Assembly (NCBI GenBank): GCA_951406725.2
Contig: OX597817.1
Location: forward strand, 101,680,001-101,744,000
DNA from: Octopus vulgaris
Taxonomy: Eukaryota
Direction of reading: 5' to 3'
DNA length: 64,000 nt
Below are positions 27,101-39,188 of this stretch, one piece after another (the first letter of the stretch is position 1; the number at the start of each line of letters is the position of its first letter). The notes under the pieces were generated by a model, which was given only the letters and a program-made list of their open reading frames with translations, searched no databases and was not told the DNA's origin. A program made the position numbers and the translations under genes.

Positions 27101-27350
27101 GAATCTAAAAGCAGAAACAATTCATATCATAATAGGTGCATTAGGCATGATAAAAAAATATTCGGCCAAATACATAACAAAAACACCAGGACTTACAAAC
27201 ACATATAACATACAGGAAATTGCACTATTAGGTACTGCACACATCCTAGGCAGAACACTTTCCATACAATAACCATCAGAGCATCACAACAAATCACAGC
27301 ACATACCCAAGGCACACAAAGCTGCGCTCGGTAGTGAAGTGAAAGCACAC
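24150..27350 (+). mobile_element. R4/Dong-clade non-LTR retrotransposon, decayed (several stops and frameshifts)
   Basis: AQRIRRYEKR..F.QN; WIDYKKAFDS; GIFQGDTLSP; HLLYMDDLKLY; CRICGDGQETINHIISSC; RHD; RPDIVV; KYKDLEIE. Stop at 27272. Confidence 0.96.
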
Positions 27351-27808
27351 TATGCATGCGTGTATGCATGTATATATGTATTGTGTATGAATTTTGTGAT
27401 TTCTTGTATTTTAATTTGGGTGTATACAATTTAGTTTTGGTAAACAAGGCAGATCAACTGACCACCTATAATCTTGATCCTGACAAGAATGTATTTCCTT
27501 TAGGGAAATTGACGAATTAGAATTATTAATTAATTCATTGCTCTATGTCCACTGATCAAATAGTTTTCAGAATTACAGGACAGGTTTTCTGCTTAACTTT
27601 CCACATCCTGCTTAATCACCGGATACTAGGTGAACAATGAAATTATACATAATCCCAAATAACGCACGAATGTCCATTATAAGATATCGTTATCATATTA
27701 AACTTGATATACTTCCTTTTACCATTAACATATTGACTGGCTGCTTTAAAGCCGATTGCTTTACAACACACGCATATATGCATCTGTGTGCCTGTATGTG
27801 TGCATGTA

Positions 27809-28427
27809 CATGGTGTCCCCAATAAATGTACAAAGACATTGAATAATTATAAAGTGATTATTAAAATACATTTCATTTTCAAAATTTAATAAATTCTGCA
27901 CTTTTAAGTCAAATCATTTTCATTGAGAAACTATTCTTGGAAAATAACTTACTGATGACAGCGTCTATAAATTCAATGAACGCTCTATTCTGAAAATCCT
28001 ACCCTTACCACGCAAATGTTTTTTAAACGTTTGTAGTAATTTTGCTTGCTTTGTGAGGCTCATCAATGTCTGCAGTCTTTCAGAACCTTTCTTGTGGACG
28101 CTGTGGACAGTAACATCTGTTTCAGACTTATTTCTAATTCGAGTAATGGTAAATCAGGTAGGTGAATCTGTTTGAAACCTTTTCCTTAGTTGTCCTTTGA
28201 CTGCATTTTCAAATTCCCAGTAGCACTTTAGGAAAATTTTCCTTTGTAGAGTGCCGAAATAGCAAATAGCGTTGATCAATTTGAGACCATTGTTGGGATC
28301 TTATCAGGGGTGTCTACATCACTTGACTAATCGCAGAAGAGCAAGAACCCAATAGATTAAATCTAAAAAGAAATGAAAATTGAGCTATCAGCTGTTAAAG
28401 CGTGTATATATTTTGCGGGACAACCTG
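27809..28427 (-). mobile_element. Internally deleted Tc1/mariner-superfamily element
   Basis: Imperfect TIRs catggtgtccccaataaatgtaca / caggttgtcccgcaaaatatataca, with TA on the left. Minus N-terminal HTH-like remnant KCYWEFENAV..RKRFQTDSPT..TITRIRNK. Confidence 0.65.
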
Positions 28428-29587
28428 CATATAACCGATGCTATTCTGAACAAGGTTTGTTTGAGTAAAGTGACATCGATCCTGGAACCGCATAGTTCCG
28501 ATACAGTTTTCAGCATCGTAGCCATGCCTGCTGCTGTGGTATCGATTTATTATAAATGTGTCATCTACTCATAACATAAACCGCTAAAACATTTGTCAGG
28601 TTTCTATTCGGTGGTTAAAATTATACAAGAGAAGCCATTAAATCAAGACCTTATCATGCTGTTAAGAATGAAGAGTAAGTGAAATATTAAATAGCTTACT
28701 GTACTATACAGTTTGTGATACGAAGTAAGCGCATACCATTTAGATTAAAATTTAGAAGGAATCATGAATTTCTTTTTTTAACATCCACTGCAAACAACGC
28801 AAACAACACACAAATCAGCGACCATTACTAAAGTGATTTAAAGCAAGCAATGTACTTTGAAGCATGTAGTAAGAATAATAATGATGGCAATAAATATATC
28901 AAATCTGCTAAGATAATATTCTGTATTAGTAGACATTTATATATATTTGGAATTAACTACCAAAATACTTTGAAGACATCAGTAATTTATTATCGAAATG
29001 GTTACAAAGAACGAGCTACATATAAAAACCGGTCTGTCCAATTTAGATAAGTCCTTAAAAATAGTGTATTTATAAGTAGTGCCTTTATCGATAGTTAAGA
29101 AGGGTACTCAGCTGTTGATGAAATTTTAACACAAAATTAAAACTAGTCCGGATATTCTTTTCTTTTCTATCCATAAATATATTGTATATAGTGATAATAC
29201 GCTGACACCTGTCTTACAGTGTTTACTAAAATGTATGAATGAAACTATTTAGTACAGAAAAGCATTGAATTAAAACTCCAGAGATGTACAAGGAGATTAT
29301 TAAGAGAGTTTAGCTATAAGTCTTAGTGTATCTTAGTGAACACTTCTCATCTTCCCAAATTAATATATAGATAGTTGAGCAAAAGAATATCAGTGAGAAA
29401 CAGTAAATGACAATATGTGTTTGCGTACATGCATGTGTGTGTATGTATGTTTATATATATATTATACATATATACATACAAACACACACACATACACACA
29501 TACACACACACACATATATATAGGAGAGTATTGTAGTTCGCTTGATGCATTGTATATTGTGTGTAAAAAATAATGTGTTTTATATAC

Positions 29588-29639
<52 letters not shown>

Positions 29640-29642
<3 letters not shown>

Positions 29643-29794
29643 TTTTACATGTTTCAGTCATTTGACTGGGGCGATCCTGGAGCACTGCCTTTAGTCGAAC
29701 AAATCGACTCCATGACTTACTCTTTGTAAGCCTAATACTTATTCTATTGGCCTCTTTTGCCGAACAGCTAAGTTACGGAAACGTAAGCACGCCA

Positions 29795-29795
<1 letters not shown>
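29640..29795 (-). mobile_element. SINE family B, 3' portion
   Basis: Reverse complement of the family B tail (ttcggcaaaaga...taagta...gcagtgctccagga...tgactgaaaca). Confidence 0.8.
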
Positions 29796-29845
<50 letters not shown>

Positions 29846-29994
29846 AAGCACTACTGTACACAGCAGAAGTGAGCCAGAGCGTTAAAACTTAGTGCACATA
29901 CAAATCCGATTCCAAGGTCAACGTATATGTGTGTGTGTTTGTGTATCGGTGTTTGTCCCCCGCCCCACTGCGTCTATATATATAGCTGGCGGAC

Positions 29995-30052
29995 TTTGGC
30001 TGATGAGAAATCAGGCGTCTATTTGGCGCTAAATTTCGAAACCGGTACCAGG
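29995..30052 (+). ncRNA. Canonical type I hammerhead ribozyme (Penelope/retrozyme type)
   Basis: tttgg-CTGATGA-gaaat(caggcgtctatttggcgctaa)atttc-GAAA-ccgg-TA-ccagg. All core nucleotides present, G-C closing stem II, GUA cleavage triplet. TATATATATA lies ~15 nt upstream. Confidence 0.88.
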
Positions 30053-30163
30053 TTGACCAGCATTTACTTATTCTAACCCATTTGAGGTAGACATTATTAT
30101 TGTTCACTGATATTTTTCCTATCTTGTCTGTAATAGATTTGTGACTATTCGTTGGTACAGAAG

Positions 30164-30364
30164 TATTTTTTTTACTTCTATCATTAGCGATATAGGTACT
30201 CATGTAGTACCCTTGTGTATATATGTACATATCTAATATTATATGTATATATTTTATTAATTTGCCTGTACGGCTGATAATTCGCTTACCACTTGTGATG
30301 GTATTTTAATAATACCATCCCTATATCTATTTATATATATATATACAGACAGACAAACAGACAA

Positions 30365-30438
<74 letters not shown>

Positions 30439-30730
30439 TCATTAGAATCTATATATAGCAACAAGTAGGATGCCAAGAATGGTTGGGTACCCAGGATAGA
30501 GCTCACAGTAAGCTAAAGCGACTCATAGTTATTTTTTTTACTTCTATCATTAGCGATATAGGTACTCATGTAGTACCCTTGTGTATATATGTACATATCT
30601 AATATTATATGTATATATTTTATTAATTTGCCTGTACGGCTGATAATTCGCTTACCACTTGTGATGGTATTTTAATAATACCATCCCTATATCTATTTAT
30701 ATATATATATACAGACAGACAAACAGACAA

Positions 30731-30820
<90 letters not shown>

Positions 30821-30912
30821 TCATTAGAATCTATATATAGCAACAAGTAGGATGCCAAGAATGGTTGGGTACCCAGGATAGAGCTCACAGTAAGCTAAAG
30901 CGACTCATAGTT
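30164..30912. repeat. Near-perfect tandem duplication (units ~366 and ~382 bp, differing in GATA count)
   Basis: 30164-30529 matches 30530-30912 except for (GATA)n length. Confidence 0.95.
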
Positions 30913-31311
30913 GGTACAGTGGTGTATGTATAAAAGAACACGTGTGGAGTTCCAATTTCATAACAGCTGTATTGGCAGCATAGTGACATTTTACATCATG
31001 GTAGTTGATGAATTGATCATCTGTTTCTACCTTACCTGTTTATGTGTTTAAAATTTACCTTAGGTTTACATCATAGCAGGTTTTTGCTATGATGTAAACC
31101 TAAGAATGCATCAATAAAACTGTTGCCGAAACAGCTGTTTGGAATTTGAACCCCGCTTGTGTTCTTTTATATGTAGAGAGAATAGTAACTATACTAAGAA
31201 GTAAAGTCAATTGCCACATCAAAGTGGCTGCTCCATATTACTACTAGTTTAACCCCAGGCAGATATTCCGCCAGCTGGTTATTGATGCGACGCTGCATCC
31301 TTTATATACAA

Positions 31312-33143
31312 CTAGCAGAATTGCCCGGCGTTGCTCGGGGCTGAATTGCTTGAAAGTACTGTTAATGATTGCACTGAATTATGATGATTATTCAGGCAAA
31401 TATTGATATACGTTTACGGTGGGAGATAAGGACTTAACGATCAAACGTGTGCCATTGCATTGTTTTGGGGGAGCCAAATTTCTGATGAGCATTATAGGGG
31501 CACCAACTTTAAGTTTGAGAAAGTGTGGTGGTAGTCCGGGGTGCTCAAACGAATTGAGTACCTCTATTGGATAGTTGATGACGTCCTCTGGGTCAGGAGT
31601 TGTATCGATAGACTGATATACATAGACTTCCCCAGGAATGAGTTTTAGCATTTCATCATTAATATGGTGAACAGTTTTATTCCTCGGGGCCAGTATAGCC
31701 TTTTTGCCAATCCAATCCAATCCATATTCTGATAATTAGCTTGTAGATCTGGGAACACTGCATCTCTGAGATCAGAAGGCGTCTTAACAATGGTACAAAT
31801 GGAATCGATGGCAATATTACCATTTTCATCCCCTGGTATTTTGCCTTCGCCAAATGCAAGGAGGGTGTGAGGAAATGCTGCTGATGTGATATTTCGTCGC
31901 ATATGAGCACGCATATTGGTGTGAAGTTTGAGAGTTACTTCCCTTCATTTAAAAAAATATGCATTAAAATGGAAAAAATGATGGTAAATTATTTGTAAAA
32001 TCATAGACTCATCGTAGACGCGCGCTAATACCCAGAAGGGCTCGATATGAATCACGACTATAAGATACCCGGTTTTGGTTAAACTGCATCGCAAAATGTG
32101 GGAGTAGTTAGGAATCTAAATCGGAGTAGACAGACACACAACCTTTCTTTTATATATAAATATTTTCGTCCTAAAAAACTTTGTATGGATTGAATGGTTA
32201 CCTCTATGGAAATATATACACGCACATTATACATACATGTGTGTATAGATGAATATATAAATACATTTAAATATCTATATACACTTTTGGGCGATCTTTC
32301 TGTTTCTTAGAGATAACTTTAGATCTTATTTTCGTCCTAAAAAACTTTGTATGGAGTGAATGGTTACCTCTATGGAAATATATACACACACGTTATACAT
32401 ACATGTGTGCATAGATGAATATATAAATACATTTATATATCTATATACACTTTTGGGCGATCTTTGTGCTACTTAGAGATAACTTTAGATCTTATTTTCG
32501 TCCTAAAAAACTTTGTATGGAGTGAAAGGTTACCTCTATGGAAATATATACACACACATTATACATACATCTGTGTATAGATGAATATATAAATACATCT
32601 AAATATCTATATACACTTTTAGGCGATCTTTCTGCTACTTGGATATACTTTAGGTCTTATATTCGTCCTAAAAACTTTCCTGTCACACACTCACGCACAC
32701 ACACACACACCCTCACTCACACACACACACGCACACGCACACACACACACTCACACACACGCACACACACACACACACACACGTTAGCTTACAATTTTAT
32801 TTATATATTTGCGTGTCTATGTGTGTAAAGAGGAAGTGGGAATGCAGAGTGAAAGAGTCACTCACTACAAAAAATGAATTACTTTCACTTTAATCGTTGC
32901 ACACTGTGTGTGTGCGTGTGCTGTAGCCCACACTAAGAAAAGCATTTGACTTATACACCACAATGTGAGTTTTCTCTAAATTTTGCTTAATTGGGGTTGA
33001 AATTTTAAAAACTGGACCTGGCACGACCCGATGCATCCTACTCTTAAAAATGCTAGGTAAATTGTAATTGAAGAAATCCTATATTGTAGATTTCTATAAG
33101 AGACAAAGGGAGGCAGATAAAATCTGCGTTTTATAATAAGAGA
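31312..33143 (-). mobile_element. Helitron with Pif1-like helicase remnant and internal 166-bp tandem repeat
   Basis: Minus A|TCTCTTATTATAAAA ... cccgagcaacgccggg hairpin, CTAG|T. Peptides LHTNMR, AILAPRN..IN, PPH.LKLKVGAPIMLIRNL..CNGTRL. Confidence 0.92.
32161..32680. repeat. Tandem repeat, 166-bp unit, ~3.1 copies
   Basis: Units begin tattttcgtcctaaaaaactttg at 32161, 32327, 32493 and ~32658. Confidence 0.95.
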
Positions 33144-33405
33144 TATATATTGCTAGCAGAGGGAGCAAATCCCTACCATCCTCTAGCAGACAACAGGATG
33201 GCGAGACTGATTCAGTTTCGAGATATTTGGCTCATTCTCAGTCTCGAGTACCTGATCGTCGCAAGTACGATAGTCAGGGTCTGTTCCAGCTAGCAATATA
33301 TTGTTAACAAAGCTACCACCGGTCACTGATTTGCAACAATCAAAATAGCTAGTTGTAAAATCTCATGGAACAGCCACTTTGATGTGGCGATTGGCTTTAC
33401 TTGTT

Positions 33406-33481
<76 letters not shown>

Positions 33482-33482
33482 G

Positions 33483-33513
<31 letters not shown>

Positions 33514-34819
33514 TGTGTGTAATAAATTCTACGATTTTGATTTTGGTATGAAGGACACTTTATTAACAACATATTTGTTTTTATATATTCATATTAACTA
33601 ACTACGTATAATTATGACTCTGACCAGAATATATCTCCTGTGGAGAAATAAGTGAATTACTGTGTCCACTTATCAAGTACATTTTCCAAAACTGCTATAC
33701 AGAGCTTTGTTTTGGGCTTTCCACATCCTGCTTAAGCACCGGATACCGGCTAATCAATGAAATTATCAATAATCACTTTCTTCCTACTCTCCTTCTGTTT
33801 AACCACTCAGTTATCTTCCTTGTTTAAATATTTAATAAGCAATAATTCCCAGTAATATTTACATATGTAGACACTTAATTATTTAAATATATACAAACAG
33901 ACTTACACACACTTCGTATCTCATGAACTCTTTTAGAAATATAAGACAGAACAAACAAGTATTATTCTGTAATGAAATAGTATTGATAATTAGTAAGAAA
34001 AACACTGCTTATGAAAATAGAAATATTTTTACACGTATTATGTAAAAAGTATTTAGCTATAATTTTTATTGAAGCAACATTCAAAATGTTAATGAAAGCA
34101 GACAGGGTCATGAGGTAAAGAAGTTCGCTTACCAGTCATATATTTCGGGTTCCATCCAATTTTAATCACGCGTATTTTAACATAAGTTTACATCACCTTG
34201 AATAAATTAATGTAATTCAAATTTAATAGATGGCAACTATGCAGAAGTCAGTTGGATATATGTATGCATAAATACATGGTGGAAATCAACTCGTGACCGA
34301 GTAAAACCATTTCCTAAACTCAGTAAGTTCATGGAAATATTCCGAGAATCCAAGAACTTTTTGTGGATAAAATATTGCTCAGCACTGTGCTCACTTTTCA
34401 GAGCAACCAGCTATAGAACCAGTGGCACAACAGAGGTTGAGACGACTAGAAACCAGCTACACTTCATGCTTTCCTTACGAGGTTACTTTCTCCTAGAGGG
34501 CGAATGAGGGGACCTTCACTCCCAGTGGTTTACATACTGGTTATCACATAGTTGGGACCCTAACAGGTTCTACTACTCGGGTCAGTGTAAACCTGAGAAC
34601 AGTAGTGACTAAGAGATGGATCCACACTTCCCAAAACCTTGGAACTCCTGTACCAGTGTACCACTACCGGATACAGTTTGAAGTTTTACCCAGGATACTC
34701 AAGCACACACTCGCGCGCATACACGCACACACACACACAGATACACGCACACACACACACACATATATATATATTGTATATGTTTGTATGTGTGTATGCA
34801 CGTATGTGTGTGTGTATGT

Positions 34820-34851
<32 letters not shown>

Positions 34852-34861
34852 ATTATGTAAG

Positions 34862-35070
34862 GCTTCAAGCTGGCACCGTAAGCACGCGGGATAAAATGCT
34901 TAGCAGCATTTCGCCCATCTTTACGTTCTGAATTCACATTGTACCGATGTCGACTGTACCTTTCATCCTTTCGTTGTCGATAATTGAAGTAGCAGTCGTA
35001 CACTGGGATCGATGCAATCGACTTCCCTCCTTCCCTCTAAATTGCTGTCCTTGTGCCAAAATTTGAAATG
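34862..35070 (+). mobile_element. SINE family A
   Basis: gctggca..aatgcttagcagcatttcg..tttacgttctgaattc..gtcgac..ccttgtgccaaaatttgaaa. Confidence 0.85.
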
Positions 35071-35387
35071 CTTGTGTGTGTGTGTGTGTGTGTGTGTGGA
35101 TATACAAGCACGTTGAATTTACCTATTTCTCGATAGACTGCAGAAATAGCAAATAGCCTCAATCGATTTGAGACCATTGTTGGGAAATTATCAAGGGTGT
35201 CTACATCATTTGACTAATCGCAGAAGAGCAAAAACCCAATCTGTCTATATACACATCGATTCTAGTAGCTCTAGAGAACTGGGTCTACTAATAAGCATAC
35301 TATCAATGTTTAACACTATAGATAATATCAGAGGTCTGTCAACGGGGAAGAGTATCAAGATTTGATATAATATATGTAGGATCTAAG

Positions 35388-35590
35388 TCGGCGAGCTGGC
35401 AGAAACGTTAGCACGCCGGGCGAAATACATAGCGGTATTTCGTCTGTCTTTACGTTCTGAGTTCAAATTCCGCCGAAGTCGACTTTGCCTTTCATCCATT
35501 CGGGGTCAATAAATTAAGTACCAGGGTCGATCTAATCGACTGGCGCCCTCCCCAAATGTTTTGGGCCTTGTGCCTAAAGTAGAAAAGAAT
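35388..35590 (+). mobile_element. SINE family A, well-preserved copy
   Basis: ggcgagctggcagaaacgttagcacgccgggcgaaat...gagttcaaattccgcc...ccttgtgcctaaagtagaaaag. Confidence 0.9.
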
Positions 35591-36279
35591 ATATGTAAGC
35601 CTACATAGTAAGACATACAAACATGCCAAATTTACCTATTCCTCCGTATACGGATGGATGGACGGACGGACGGACGAACGGATGGATGGATGGATGGATG
35701 GATGGTCATCTATGTATCTAATTTATGCGTATACACTGTTGATTGGCCGGTTACTGCAGTATTTATCCTGAGATAATATCTCTTATGGACTTGCTGTGTC
35801 AAAAACACATTGAATATCAGAGGGAGGTGAGTTACACACACACACATATATATATATATACATATATACAGATATATATATATACATACATATGGGGTGG
35901 AGCAGGAATAGGAAAGTAGGGGCAATTAGGAAGCATGCGTGGGACATAAAAATGTATTTAGTTTTTTTTTACATATAGTGTGCAATGAAAAGAAACGGAC
36001 AAACAGAAGCAGAAAATTGATCAAAATAAACAGACGAACTACGATTTCAATAGTACTGGAGGGCTTGAAAAGAAACAAAAAATAAAAGATAAAAGTAGAA
36101 ATCAATGATTTCAAACTGGGAACAATAATGTAAAATCTAAAATCAAAAACAGTATGTGTAGCCTAGAAAGTGATTAATGAAAAGCTAAGGAAAGAAAAAA
36201 CGTTGAAAAAATGTTATTGAAAATATATAAAGGTTCGGATAGAATGAAATGCGACGATCAGAAAGAATCGAAGACAAAA

Positions 36280-36850
36280 CAAGAGGATATTCAACAGAGC
36301 CAGAGTAATAAGAACAGCAACCATAGGTGTTGACGCCTATCTAAAGTACATCAACAACTGGATGCTTAAACTTGTCGGTAAGTATGAACATTCCAAACAA
36401 ATGTATGCAATATCAGAAGAAGCAAAGAAGTATGTGCACGAATTGGGGATCAACGATACTGAAGCACAACTAGATTAAACAGATGGGCCCACTATCAAAC
36501 CAGATAAAAGCACAAGCCAAATCAAATGGAATTTCAGTGCTGCGAAGTACATGGAAAAGTAAGGTAATGCAGGGCAAATACCCTACGTAGGTTAGCGATT
36601 CGGATGTATATACATGACCGTTCAACGGTTGGCTGCATCTGGACTTAAATCAGAAACAGGGGAATTCATTATAACAGTTCAGAATCAATGTCTTCCCACC
36701 ACAAACAACCAAGTAAGCATTCTTAAAAATGGTGCAGACCCTGTCTGCCGATTCTGTGATGCAACCAGAGAAACACTTGACCACCTCGTTTCTGTTTGCT
36801 CTTTGCTAGTTTCAAATGAATACATTATTCGTTATGATAAAATAGACTTG
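36280..36850 (+). pseudogene. Decayed R4/Dong C-terminal fragment (zinc knuckle)
   Basis: NNWMLKLV; SGLKSETGEFI..QNQCLPT; CRFCDATRETLDHLVSVC; YIIRYD. Confidence 0.85.
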
Positions 36851-36889
36851 GTCAGTATACACACTCACACTCACAGACACACACACACA

Positions 36890-36943
<54 letters not shown>

Positions 36944-37521
36944 ATATTTAAAGCAGACTGACTCGGCTCTATGGAACTTAAAGTTTCGCGAGCCTCTAAC
37001 AGACGCTACTTCAAACTGTCTTAAATAATACATGTAGCTCCTACTAAACGCGTTGAGTACCCTTTTCTTTTGTTACACACACACATATGTGTGTGTGCAT
37101 GTGTGTGTGTGTGTGTGTGTGTGTGTAGTTAAAGTTTATACATTACTGTTCTATGCTTTAGAGCGTCCTTTCTGTGATATATGATACATTGACGATATGT
37201 AGACATATAAACTGGAAACGGGTGTAAGTCAAATTTATTACAATAAGGAAAAATAAATAACGACCATCATTTATACCTTGCCATGTAGATCACTCTAAGT
37301 AAAAACCAGAATAACTGGAACATAACCATGGACTTACAAGATGCAGTGGTGATGAACTATAACCTCGGATCCTGCCACAAGAATACGCGGAGTTCTTTAC
37401 AAATCAAAATAATATTGTTAGCGTGATATATTAACAGAGAGCTTATAAAGTACTTTGTCTGGATTGATAAGCCCTCACTAATAACTCTGTTATATATGTG
37501 TATTATATATATATATATATT

Positions 37522-38341
37522 CAGGGTGCGGGGAATAAACTGCCGTGTAAACTACGCAAAAATTAAAATAACACTCGTTTGAACAGATATATTTACCAAA
37601 ATTACATTAAAATATTTTGAAATACTAAAGAGTAGATTTATTCAATATAATCGACATTGGCTTCAACCATGGCCTCCAGACGACTTCGGGATTTCCTGCA
37701 ACTCTTTTGGATGGTCTCCTTGTTTGAGTTGGTGAATGCTATCATAATCCTTGCCTTCAGTTCATCTTTGGTGCTGCAAGGAGATTTGTTGGTATCTTAC
37801 TCAACTGCGCCCCACACATAATAATCAAGAGGGTTGTAGTTTGGGGAGTTAGGTGGCCAGATGTTAGGTTCCCCTGCTTCTGTGACATGGTGCAGAATGC
37901 TGTTGCCAGACATAGGGTCTTCAGTAGCTACTCTTGACCCAGGGCAGCACTACCTCCTCCAGGCACTTAATGTAAGCCATTGTGTTGAATGTGAGGTCGC
38001 GTGGGAAGATGAATGGAAGTGTAACGTCACCATCACTTGTGATCACTCCAAACACCATGATGATGACTGGATGTTTGATTTTTATCATTCTCGGTACATG
38101 TCCTCAGATTGGCACCCAAACACTCTGAAATGTTCGTATTGGAGCTTCCGGCACGAATGCTAAGCCGTACAACATGTCGTTTCCAAATTTCTGTCAGAAT
38201 GAATTGCGTCATGATGCTGTTTTTCTCAAAGACGATGCCCAACTAACTTTAACATAATCTGTAATCGACAAAATCAAAAACAAACTGCACATGTGCGAAA
38301 TTAAAAATATAAAATGGCAACAATTTACCCGTCGCACCCTA
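37522..38341 (-). mobile_element. Deleted maT/DD37D-like Tc1-mariner element
   Basis: TIRs agggtgcg at both ends within TA runs. Minus C-terminus WPPNSPNYNPLDYYVWGAVE...RLEAMVEANVDYIE*. Confidence 0.85.
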
Positions 38342-38371
38342 TATATATAGGGTGCGACATACATACATACA

Positions 38372-38405
<34 letters not shown>

Positions 38406-38455
38406 CATACATACATATATACATACATACATACATACATACATACATACATACA

Positions 38456-38533
<78 letters not shown>

Positions 38534-39135
38534 TGTTCACTTTTCTTTATAATTTCCATCTATAAAATGTGGTTTACGAGGGCTTTAAACAACGTGACTG
38601 ACTTTATGTTAGAATACATGTAATTAAAGCAGGATTGAACCTGGAAGTAAGTGATTACTAAACGAACTACTTAGCCACCTGACTATCCGCTTTCATTTAT
38701 ATTTTGATACATTTTAACAGATGTTTAAATATAAATAATAGCTGTTTGCTATTTGTTCAATATAACGTATAAAAATATTTGCACTTCTATAAGCATTGTT
38801 TTTATTACCAATTACTAATACCATTTCATTACCAAATATTTTTTGTTTGTTCTGTGAAATCACTTTGTAAAGAAAGCAAGAAATACGAAATATTAAAACC
38901 CTGAAATCTCTCTACAAACATTACAAAGTAAATAGGAGCAACGTCAATGAGCAAAAACATTGTAAAGTGCGTAATGTAATAACTCAAACCAATGTAACCA
39001 CACACACACACACACACACATATATATGTATCTATGTATGTGTGTGTATGAGCGTGTGTGTGCGTGTGTGCGTGCAAGCCGTACTTAAATTTGAAAAACT
39101 CTGCCGTCTCAAAAAATTATGCAACCCGTCTCTCA

Positions 39136-39188
39136 GTTTTCTGATGACATAGAAGGTTTTATTCTATCAAAAGGCTATATTTCAAAAC
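39136..39188 (+). ncRNA. Degenerate hammerhead motif (G12A)
   Basis: gtttt-CTGATGA-c-atagaa(ggtttta)ttctat-c-AAAA-ggctatatt-TC-aaaac. Stems I and II pair, GAAA is mutated, stem III is weak. Confidence 0.5.

Noticed and set aside
32161-32680. Regular repeats as a CRISPR-like array (also 15801-17140 and 58270-58940)
   Set aside because: Whole units repeat with no unique spacers, there are no cas genes, and the context is eukaryotic transposon sequence.
36955-37030. Hammerhead-like motif on the minus strand
   Set aside because: The core (TTGAAGT) and stems are too degenerate to support a call.
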